NCBI GenBank assembly: GCA_963674825.1
Contig: OY771587.1
Coordinates: 1 to 64,000 of the forward strand
Length of the DNA stretch: 64,000 nucleotides
Direction: 5' to 3'
DNA from: Candidatus Cloacimonadales bacterium
GTDB lineage: Bacteria > Cloacimonadota > Cloacimonadia > Cloacimonadales > JAIOQZ01
The notes beneath the pieces are model-generated. The model searched no databases, was not told the DNA's origin, and saw nothing but the letters and a program-made list of their open reading frames with translations. The position numbers and the translations under genes were made by a program. Positions 39,378 through 47,644 of the stretch are shown piece after piece (positions within the stretch are counted from its first letter, which is position 1; the number at the start of each line of letters is the position of its first letter).

Positions 39378-40739
39378 CTACAGATTCTCGATGTTCTTGA
39401 GCGGTTTTGGCGCGGTTCCCGGCGTTACGCCGTCACCAGAAAGGTAACCAAGAACCGGTTTTCCTTTGGGATTGCCATCATCGTCAATACGATAGAACTC
39501 GAGCGGAATACGGATAGCCTTTCCATCCTTCTCCAGGATGTCTTTGCCTTCTGCGTCGGTCTCGAACGGATTGTGTTTGAACCAGCCAATGCCGATCGCC
39601 GCAGTACCGTTTTCTTCGTTAACAGCCTTGCGCTTGGAGCCGATGAACTGGCGTTTTTCCAGCGGAACATTAGGTGAATTAATACTTGAAGTAACCACAC
39701 CCAATTCTTTGCCATCAAGATAGATAGCACGATCGACAACAATACCCTCCGTAATGACGATTGCCAAGCGCTGATCGTTATTTTTATCCTTCACAAGTGC
39801 GTCTTTACCGACGAACGATTCCTTGATCAGATCGATCGCAGCACCATAAAGCGGGGTATTGGTCGGGATCCAATCGGGGCGATATTCCTGGCCCATAAGC
39901 GGTAAACCGAATGGCCCGGCAGACATGCGGTTCTCGTCTCTTCCTCCAAGGCCGACAAGCATTCCGCCCATCTCCAGAGCACTTTCTACGATCCGCTTGA
40001 ATTCCTGCTCGCCTACATTAATCGGCACATAGAGCTCCCAACCCCAGCGGTTGGTGTAACCTGTGCGACTGATGATATAGTGATTACCGTCGTAATCGAA
40101 CTCGTTGAAGTTAAAGAAGCCCATATTCTTGTCGGGCTTGTTGCGATTTCGAAGCACATCCACACCGTATAGTTCGGAGATTAATTTATACGAATAGGGG
40201 CCTTGTATATCGATCTTGACCAGCTCGTCGGAGAGATCTTTAACAACGACATCTTCCCTATCCTTCTTGTAGCGCAGGATGAAATCGGCGTCGGACACTT
40301 TGCCTACAGACTCATCGGTGAGGTCATGTCCAGCGTTGATAACAGCGATCACCCGCTGTTCGTCCATGCGCATCAGGATCATATCGTCCATGACGCCGCC
40401 GTTTTCGTTGATCAGAAGCGTATATTTACACTGGCCGATTTTCATCGATGTGACATCGGTAGGAAGAACCCGATCCAGCAGCGCGATCGCGTCGCTTCCG
40501 CTGAATTCGATCTGCGCCATATGGTCGATGTTGAATACGGCAACCTTCTCGATCGCCTGAGCCTCTTCCAAAACGGATGTGAGGTAATTCACCGCCATAT
40601 CGTATTCGCCGAAATTGCTGCGTTTGATCGGCTCGTATTCTCGTCCGAGTCGTTCCGCAAGTAATTTCTGATACCATTCCTCAGCTTCGAAAAGCGCTGT
40701 TTTTCTGGGGGTATCCGGGATGTTCCAGCCAATAGCCAT
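39378..40739 (-). CDS. Folate-dependent aminomethyltransferase family protein (divergent GcvT-like)
   Basis: FNIDHM, KYTLLINENGGVMDD, IQGP, SRTGYT...GWELY, GLGGRD; AGGAG RBS before ATG 40739. Confidence 0.82.
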   Translation of the reverse strand: MAIGWNIPDTPRKTALFEAEEWYQKLLAERLGREYEPIKRSNFGEYDMAVNYLTSVLEEAQAIEKVAVFNIDHMAQIEFSGSDAIALLDRVLPTDVTSMKIGQCKYTLLINENGGVMDDMILMRMDEQRVIAVINAGHDLTDESVGKVSDADFILRYKKDREDVVVKDLSDELVKIDIQGPYSYKLISELYGVDVLRNRNKPDKNMGFFNFNEFDYDGNHYIISRTGYTNRWGWELYVPINVGEQEFKRIVESALEMGGMLVGLGGRDENRMSAGPFGLPLMGQEYRPDWIPTNTPLYGAAIDLIKESFVGKDALVKDKNNDQRLAIVITEGIVVDRAIYLDGKELGVVTSSINSPNVPLEKRQFIGSKRKAVNEENGTAAIGIGWFKHNPFETDAEGKDILEKDGKAIRIPLEFYRIDDDGNPKGKPVLGYLSGDGVTPGTAPKPLKNIENL

Positions 40740-40880
40740 AACCAGTCTCCTTTTATGCATTTTATTTATTTTCAACATCATTACAACCAGACCACATTCG
40801 CTCGAAAAAGCTCTTTTTGTAAAGAGAATTATCTGCGTCCGGTCATACTTCATCACATCCTAAAAATCGGACAGAATTCA

Positions 40881-41777
40881 TTAATTCGGATGGGATACCA
40901 ATTTCCCGCGATTACGTCTGGCTGCATGCAGGATTTTCGGTATTTGAAGCGTAAGTGTTCCCAGCAATATCAGCCCGCAGCCAATGTAGCTTCGCATGCT
41001 CATTATCTCATGCAGGATCAGCATTCCACCGATCAAAGCAAACACGCTCTCCAGGCTGAACAGCACTGCCGCATGGGATGGAGGAGCATCGCGCTGCGCC
41101 ACGATCTGCAAGCTAAACGCGATACCAACCGACATAATACCGCCATAGGCGATCGTAATCCATGCCTCGCGTACGCCATCGAGCTGGATTTCGCCAAAGA
41201 TCATCGCTGCAATCAAGCTCAGAAAACCACACGTTATAAAGCTGTAGAAAGCAAGCGCTGTCTGGTTTCCCAAACGTGCATGACGATCGATAAACTGAAT
41301 CTGAACGGCCCATACAACCGCGCACAGGAGCACGAGGATCTCGCCGTAAGAGATGGTGAATCTTTCGTTTACACTGAGGAGGTACAATCCGATGACAGCC
41401 AACAGAACACCCATCCAGGCAAAGATACCAATGCGTTGCTTCAGAAACAACCCCAGCACAGGCACAAAAACAACGTACAAGCCTGTAATAAAACCTGCCT
41501 TGCCGGCTGATGTATAGACCAACCCAACCTGCTGGAGCGACACCGCAGTAAAAAGAATCAAGCCGAGGATAACTCCGGGAAGCGGCTTGTTCCAGCCACT
41601 CTTCTTACCCCGCAGTAGAACAATGATGTAAAGCGTCAACGCACCCAAAAGAAACCGGATCCCATTGTAGAAATACGGACCGATGAAATCCATCCCCTTG
41701 CGCTGGGCGACGAATGAAAAACCCCAGATAACCGCTGTGAACAATAACAGCAAGTCCGCCTTGATCGCTCGATTCAC
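40881..41777 (-). CDS. EamA/DMT-family transporter
   Basis: IWGFSFVAQ, QQVGL.YTSAGKAGFITGLYVV.VP, SLESVFA; about 10 hydrophobic segments. Confidence 0.92.
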   Translation of the reverse strand: MNRAIKADLLLLFTAVIWGFSFVAQRKGMDFIGPYFYNGIRFLLGALTLYIIVLLRGKKSGWNKPLPGVILGLILFTAVSLQQVGLVYTSAGKAGFITGLYVVFVPVLGLFLKQRIGIFAWMGVLLAVIGLYLLSVNERFTISYGEILVLLCAVVWAVQIQFIDRHARLGNQTALAFYSFITCGFLSLIAAMIFGEIQLDGVREAWITIAYGGIMSVGIAFSLQIVAQRDAPPSHAAVLFSLESVFALIGGMLILHEIMSMRSYIGCGLILLGTLTLQIPKILHAARRNRGKLVSHPN

Positions 41778-42010
41778 GTCCTCTCCTCGATTTTTGAATA
41801 AGCCTGTTTTTCCTATATGCCATTCGTTTGCAAGGAAAAAGAAGTGTGTACCAAAAATATTTTGAGCTGGACATTGAAGCTATAGCAAGGCATTTTCAGT
41901 GTGATTCAGTTTTCCAATAGATTTTTCTGGACAAATGCCTGTCAATCATATACAAATATCCCCATAAACATCACCCTAAAACAAAAGAAAGCAGTAAGTT
42001 AGATTAGTTT

Positions 42011-42026
42011 CGGAACAGATTTTGCA
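42011..42026 (+). promoter_or_regulatory. Candidate sigma54 promoter
   Basis: CGGAAC-AGATT-TTGCA with exact GG-N10-GC spacing, 31 nt before the ATG at 42058. Confidence 0.55.
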
Positions 42027-42057
42027 TCTTTAATATTTCACCACAAGGAGGTGTGCA

Positions 42058-43272
42058 ATGAGAACGCTTATCGCATTACTAACCATATTTTTCGTTGTGT
42101 CGCTCAGCGCACAAGACTGGACACCGTTTACTACGGTAGAGGGCAATATTCTTTGCCTGTTCTTCAACCTCGAAAACCCCTACTACACCATGGCTGGAAC
42201 AGATGATGGGCTTTACATCGATCCGGAATTCAACAGCACGTTTCTGGAACTCAATCTGCCAGTCAAAAGCTTCGCACCGATGGACGCTACCCACTGCCTA
42301 TTCATTATGGGCGATGGAAGCTGGTCCGACGGTATTTATGAACTCGATATGGAGAGTCAATACTATGACGTGATGGTCTACTCGCCATGGCCTTATTTCA
42401 TGGAGAAGGACCTCTCAACCGGTATATACTATGCCGGAGCTGAATATGGCCTCTACACATCTGAAGATGGAACAAACTGGGACGCTCCGGGAGACGATGA
42501 AGGTGCTCGGTACGATATCGCTTTTTGGGATACTCATATTGCAATCGCCGGAGAATATTGCATCTACCACTCAGCCGATGGGGGTGAGAACTGGGATACA
42601 TATCCGATCAGTCTTGATATCCGAGCTATAACATACGATCCATCAGGTATTCTGTACGGAGCATTCGGGGATGTATCTGATTCATCCGGATTATGGTCTT
42701 CAACGGATAACGGAGAGAACTGGACTGTCGAATTCTATTCCGAGCATCTCAACACCGTTGACTGGAACTGGAGCGGAGAGATCTTCGTCGGCTGGAATCC
42801 ACCAACCGGAACAGAATCGGAAGGTATCGCGGTATGGTTCCCAGATATCTGGGATCTGGTAAATATTACCAGCGATCTCCCCAACACGAGGATCAATTCG
42901 ATCACAACTCATCCGCTGATCGACTGCGAAAACGTGATTGCTTGCACCGAAGACGGTGCATACATGAACACCTCATGGTTCAATGATACCGAAGAAGTGA
43001 CCGACCCAGAAGCCACACTGCGCCTGACCAACTACCCCAATCCCTTCAACCCCGAGACGACAATCAGCTTCACGCTCGATAAGCCTTCCTTCTGTGAGAT
43101 GAGCATCTACAACGTCCGCGGACAGCGGATCGTAACGCTGGTTCAGGAAAGACTTGAGGCCGGACCACATGCGATCGTATGGGATGGTGATAGTGCGCCT
43201 TCGGGCATGTACCTTTGCCGCCTGAAAACAGATAGCGACGAGGTCGTTCGCAAGCTTGCGATGATTAAGTAG
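42058..43272 (+). CDS. Secreted Asp-box (BNR) beta-propeller protein with T9SS-like C-terminal domain
   Basis: Signal peptide; SEDGTNW, SADGGENW, STDNGENW; NYPNPFNPET...SGMYL. Confidence 0.82.
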   Translation: MRTLIALLTIFFVVSLSAQDWTPFTTVEGNILCLFFNLENPYYTMAGTDDGLYIDPEFNSTFLELNLPVKSFAPMDATHCLFIMGDGSWSDGIYELDMESQYYDVMVYSPWPYFMEKDLSTGIYYAGAEYGLYTSEDGTNWDAPGDDEGARYDIAFWDTHIAIAGEYCIYHSADGGENWDTYPISLDIRAITYDPSGILYGAFGDVSDSSGLWSSTDNGENWTVEFYSEHLNTVDWNWSGEIFVGWNPPTGTESEGIAVWFPDIWDLVNITSDLPNTRINSITTHPLIDCENVIACTEDGAYMNTSWFNDTEEVTDPEATLRLTNYPNPFNPETTISFTLDKPSFCEMSIYNVRGQRIVTLVQERLEAGPHAIVWDGDSAPSGMYLCRLKTDSDEVVRKLAMIK

Positions 43273-43361
43273 ATTAGGTAGTTAACGGTTTTTTGCTGGA
43301 CATGACCCGTGAGGTTTTGCATCATCTGAACGCACAATAAAATTGCGAGGTAAATACAGCT

Positions 43362-43802
43362 ATGTCGAAGCTCTCGGATCATTTCCAGCAAACGCTCCAT
43401 GCCCATCTGTTCACGCCGAAAGAGATGAAGCGATACAATCTCCTGCTCATACCGAAAATCATCGACCGGATGGAGCAGCAGAAGGATTGCCAGGAATGTA
43501 GAGATCATTTGCAGAAAGTACCCGAGCTGGTCGCCATGCTTCACGAAATCCGTAGCGATCGATCAATTCGCAGAAAATTCAGAAAGGTACGCAACATCAT
43601 GGAGCGTCACTTGGCCTCGAAGCATAAAATCGTGCGAAAAGGCTATTACGCAGGCATGTTTATAGCGTTTGGCGTCGCGATGGGAACCAGCTTTATGGCC
43701 GCTCTTGACAGCCCCGCCGGTATCGCGATCGGTATTGGTATTGGCGTTGCCATAGGCAGCAGCCTGGATAAAAAAGCGGAGAAGGAAGGCAGGGTACTGT
43801 AG
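43362..43802 (+). CDS. Hypothetical membrane protein (CxxC, C-terminal glycine-rich TM pair), copy 1
   Basis: CQEC; GIAIGIGIGVAIG; paralog of the next gene. Confidence 0.78.
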   Translation: MSKLSDHFQQTLHAHLFTPKEMKRYNLLLIPKIIDRMEQQKDCQECRDHLQKVPELVAMLHEIRSDRSIRRKFRKVRNIMERHLASKHKIVRKGYYAGMFIAFGVAMGTSFMAALDSPAGIAIGIGIGVAIGSSLDKKAEKEGRVL

Positions 43803-43885
43803 AGACCTACACAAATATTCTCTGGACACACCCCACCCATAGTCATTTACATGTACTCATCATTAGAAAAGAGGATCAAACGACT

Positions 43886-44326
43886 ATGGCGAAGCTCTCC
43901 GATCAATTCACGCAAGCATTGGACAACCACGGCTTCACTCCCAAAGAAATCAAGCGCTACAATTTACTGCTTATGATAAAGATTGTCGATCGAATGGAGC
44001 AGCAATCAGCTTGCTCGGACTGCACAGAGCATCTGCAGAAAGCTTCGGAATTAGTTGAAGCGCTACCCGAAATTCGCACCAGCCGCGAAGTGCGGAAGAA
44101 GTTCGAGAAATACCTCAATGCGATGGAGCAACACCTCGCTTCAAAACACAAGATCGTGCGCAAAGGGCATTACATCGGCGCATACATGATGGGAGGATTT
44201 ACTCTGGGCGCACTTGCTCTGATATTCTTCGATTTGTCTTCGGGTATGGCGATCGGCATGGTTTTGGGGTTGGCAATTGGAGCCGGTGTTGATAAAAAGG
44301 CTGCAAAAGATGGAAAGGTGATTTAA
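43886..44326 (+). CDS. Hypothetical membrane protein, copy 2
   Basis: CSDC; shared KLSD, FTPKE.KRYNLLL, HLASKHKIVRKG, DKKA.K.G.V; same 146-aa length. Confidence 0.78.
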   Translation: MAKLSDQFTQALDNHGFTPKEIKRYNLLLMIKIVDRMEQQSACSDCTEHLQKASELVEALPEIRTSREVRKKFEKYLNAMEQHLASKHKIVRKGHYIGAYMMGGFTLGALALIFFDLSSGMAIGMVLGLAIGAGVDKKAAKDGKVI

Positions 44327-44379
44327 ACTATTGCAAATGCCTGATGTTTGACCTTCGTTCTGTAGGCTGTTCAATTTAA

Positions 44380-44419
44380 ACTCGGAAGAGTTACTCCATA
44401 ACACATTCAGAAGTTGATT
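44380..44419 (+). repeat. Bipartite TTCnGAA repeat copy
   Basis: actcggaagag-ttactccataa-cacattcagaagttgatt. Confidence 0.65.
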
Positions 44420-44420
44420 G

Positions 44421-44457
44421 AAAAAGCCGGAGAATCTACTTGAGACTCACCGGCTTA
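44421..44457 (-). terminator. Terminator for the aminotransferase gene
   Basis: aagccgg...ccggctt stem with an A run on the + strand. Confidence 0.6.
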
Positions 44458-44476
44458 ATCTATTGCAATTCAATGA

Positions 44477-45676
44477 TTATCTGTTACGATACGCCTCGAG
44501 CGCTTTCTTGAAGATGTTCATCGCTTTGCGAAGGTCGTTTTCGTTCAGGATATAAGCAAGACGGACTTCGTCCTTACCCATTCCCGGTGTCGCGTAGAAG
44601 CCTTCAGCAGGAGCAACCATCACGGTTTCGTTATCGACCGAGAATTCCTTCATCATCCAGATGGTGAAGTCTTCCGCGTCCTCGATGGGCAGCTTGGCAA
44701 TGATATAGAATGCGCCGGCGGGTTTCTTGCAGATCACGCCGTCGATCGTCATCAATTCATCGAAAACGATGTTGCGACGCTTGTCGTATTCCACAAGGAT
44801 CTTCTCGAAGTATTCCTGCTCGATATCGATTGCGGCGTTGGCTGCCAACTGATCGATGGTGGGCGGGCAAAGACGTGCCTGCGCAAACTTGAGCGCGGCT
44901 TTCATAAGTTCCTGGTTCTTGCTGACGATGCAGCCGATACGAGCGCCGCACGCGCTGTAGCGCTTGGAAATACTATCGACCATGATCGCGTGTTGCTCCA
45001 TGTTCGGAATTTCCATGATGCTGGTGTGCTTCTTACCGTCGTAAACAAATTCACGATAGACTTCGTCTGCGATGATATAGAGGTCGTGCTTTTTGACGAT
45101 CGCGCAGAGGCGTTCGATATCCTCACGGCTATATACTGCGCCAGTTGGATTACCCGGATTACAGATCATCAGAGCACGGGTCTTATCGGTGATCTTGGCT
45201 ACAATCGCGTCATCCTTGGGAAGCGCGAAACCGTCTTCCGCATAGGTTGTGAGCGGAACAAGGTTAACGCCGGCCTGGGTCGCGAAGCCATTGTAGTTGG
45301 TGTAGAACGGCTCAGGAACAAGCACCTCGTCGCCAGGATTACAGGTTACCAGCAGCGCGAAAATGATCGCTTCCGATCCCGCGGTGGTGACGATGATTTC
45401 GGTCTTGTCAGTATCATCGAGCATGATATTGTGGCGCTTGTAGTAGCGTACCAGATTCTTACGGTATTCCAGCAGACCCTGGGATGGGCCATACGCCAGA
45501 ACCTTGTCTTCGTAGTTTGCATAGACGTCGAGCATCTCTTTCGGAGTCTCGATGTCGGGTTGTCCGATATTCAGATGATAAACATGGATGCCGGCTTCCT
45601 TCGCAGCAGTAGCATAGGGATAGAGCTTGCGGATGGGAGATTCCTGCACCTGGTGGGCTCGTGTCGATATCTTCAT
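44477..45676 (-). CDS. Class I PLP-dependent aminotransferase (aspartate aminotransferase-like)
   Basis: LNIGQPD, NPGNPTG, DEVYREF, DSISKRYSACGARIG. Confidence 0.93.
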   Translation of the reverse strand: MKISTRAHQVQESPIRKLYPYATAAKEAGIHVYHLNIGQPDIETPKEMLDVYANYEDKVLAYGPSQGLLEYRKNLVRYYKRHNIMLDDTDKTEIIVTTAGSEAIIFALLVTCNPGDEVLVPEPFYTNYNGFATQAGVNLVPLTTYAEDGFALPKDDAIVAKITDKTRALMICNPGNPTGAVYSREDIERLCAIVKKHDLYIIADEVYREFVYDGKKHTSIMEIPNMEQHAIMVDSISKRYSACGARIGCIVSKNQELMKAALKFAQARLCPPTIDQLAANAAIDIEQEYFEKILVEYDKRRNIVFDELMTIDGVICKKPAGAFYIIAKLPIEDAEDFTIWMMKEFSVDNETVMVAPAEGFYATPGMGKDEVRLAYILNENDLRKAMNIFKKALEAYRNR

Positions 45677-45701
45677 AACACACCTCGCTAATAGTATGAT
45701 C

Positions 45702-46367
45702 TTATTCAGGCAGGTTTTTAAAGCGGTTGATTCTTGTCAACTCCAGCATTGCGCTTTGTACAAGATTATATTTCGAGCTGATCTCTTCTTTGGTTTCGAT
45801 GTAGATCGGATCGCCGTACCGGATGCGGATTCGGGCGAACGGTTTGGGCAATCGGAACCGGTCCCACGATTTGAATTCGATGACGCGATCGACATCAATA
45901 GCCATCGGGACAAGCGGGAGCTGCGTATAGTACGCGAGGAAAAGCGCACCTTCTTTCACCTGGTGTGCTGGGCCTTTGGGACCATCGGTTACGATCAGAA
46001 CCGAGCGTTCCTTCGCAGTACGAATGATTTGCTTCGCAGCCTTCATCCCACCGCGTGCGGCTGAGCCGCGAATCGCCTTGAAGCCCATCATCTCAGCTGG
46101 TCCGATTACATAATCCCCATCTTTGGAAAGAGAGACGAGAAACGCCATGCCTTCGAATTTCCGGCTGATCATCATCAGGATATTTTGATGCCAGAGCAGG
46201 TAAAGGGTATGCAGGTCTTTATCTTCGTTGATGCGTTCAATGCGCCATGTAAGGCTGTAAAGGTAGAGTAGAAGCGTGCCGAGATATTTCGCGATCAGCG
46301 ACAAAGTGGCATGAACGAAGCGGCTCTTGAAGAACCGCCGCAGCGGCCCTTTCTTCTTACGGGACAT
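45702..46367 (-). CDS. DUF374 / acyltransferase-like protein
   Basis: LWH, S.SKDG, IRGS, DGPKGP, SWDRF.LPKPF; overlaps the lpxB stop. Confidence 0.85.
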   Translation of the reverse strand: MSRKKKGPLRRFFKSRFVHATLSLIAKYLGTLLLYLYSLTWRIERINEDKDLHTLYLLWHQNILMMISRKFEGMAFLVSLSKDGDYVIGPAEMMGFKAIRGSAARGGMKAAKQIIRTAKERSVLIVTDGPKGPAHQVKEGALFLAYYTQLPLVPMAIDVDRVIEFKSWDRFRLPKPFARIRIRYGDPIYIETKEEISSKYNLVQSAMLELTRINRFKNLPE

Positions 46368-47526
46368 CGATCCAGCTCGGATCCTGCAATAGTTTGAGGG
46401 CGATATGGGCTGTCTCGACAGACGCTTCCTTCTCGCCCAGCAGTTTATGGATCTCTCGAAGTCGGCCTCTCATTTCGTTGTAGAGCGATTCGTCGGTCAT
46501 ATAGCGTTTGATTGTTTCGGAGATCGTCTTGCCATTTACATCTTTTTGCAACAGCTCGGGGACGACATCGTCTTCGAGGATGATGTTCGGCAGGCCGATG
46601 CGCTTGATCTTGACCAGGCGCTTTCCGAGTTCGTAGGAAAGCCAGCTTGTCTTATATACAATAATGAATGGTGTACCGATAAACGCGGTTTCAATCGTCG
46701 CAGTACCGGATGTCACCACCAGAAAATCACAATGCGCCATCAACGAGTAGTTGCCCTTTTCGATCAGACGGAAATTGCGAAGGCTCGATTGCTTGGCCAT
46801 ATGCATGTATGTCTCGGTCGGAATATTGCTGGTGGTCGAGACGAGGAACTCGTATTCGTTGGGATCGAGACGCTTTATCGCCTGTAGAAACGGTGGGAGC
46901 ATCTTGTTGACCTCGATCTCACGGCTACCGGGAAAGAATCCCAGCCACTTTTTATTGAGGTCGAGGTTATGAGCTCGAGCGAATTGCTCACGAGTATTGT
47001 CGATAGATATCTCTTCCGCAATGGGATGCCCGACATAGGTGCAGTTGACCCGGTGAATATCCAGCAATTCCTTCTCGAAGGGCAAGATCACCGCGACATG
47101 CCGCGTATAGTCTTTGAGTTGATGCACACGTTTGTGTTTCCAGGCCCAGAACTGAGGGCTGATGTAGTAGAGCACCGGGATTCCGAGATTGTCGGCCATT
47201 TTGGCAATGCGCATGTTGAAGCCGGGGTAATCGACCAGCACAACCAAATCAGGTGCGCTTTTTTCAAACTCCTGCTTGATGCGTTTTTCGACCTTCATGA
47301 AGAACTTGAGGTGTTTGACTACTTCCACGAACCCCATCACCGCGAAACGATTAAACGGGAAGAGGGTCTTGAGTCCCTGTTTTTGCATAAGGGGACCGCC
47401 GATACCCACATGGTAGTATTCGTATAACGATTCCTTCATTGCCTTCATGACATTGGATGCATGAAGGTCGCCCGATCGCTCACCGGCAATCCAGAAGATT
47501 TTTTTCTTATCGACTTCGATTGTCAT
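46357..47526 (-). CDS. lpxB: Lipid-A-disaccharide synthase
   Basis: AGERSGDLH, VMGFVEV, DYPGFN, YISPQFWAW, ILPFE, VGHP, PGSR..E, SGTAT.E. Confidence 0.96.
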   Translation of the reverse strand: MTIEVDKKKIFWIAGERSGDLHASNVMKAMKESLYEYYHVGIGGPLMQKQGLKTLFPFNRFAVMGFVEVVKHLKFFMKVEKRIKQEFEKSAPDLVVLVDYPGFNMRIAKMADNLGIPVLYYISPQFWAWKHKRVHQLKDYTRHVAVILPFEKELLDIHRVNCTYVGHPIAEEISIDNTREQFARAHNLDLNKKWLGFFPGSREIEVNKMLPPFLQAIKRLDPNEYEFLVSTTSNIPTETYMHMAKQSSLRNFRLIEKGNYSLMAHCDFLVVTSGTATIETAFIGTPFIIVYKTSWLSYELGKRLVKIKRIGLPNIILEDDVVPELLQKDVNGKTISETIKRYMTDESLYNEMRGRLREIHKLLGEKEASVETAHIALKLLQDPSWIDVP

Positions 47527-47644
47527 GATGTGAACATGAAAACCATTAGCAAAATTGTCCAGAAAAATCGGTGTTCAAAAGTCCTTGACGTAATCACGCT
47601 GTAATGCAGGTTTCATAATACCGATGACGGATAAGGGGAATTGA

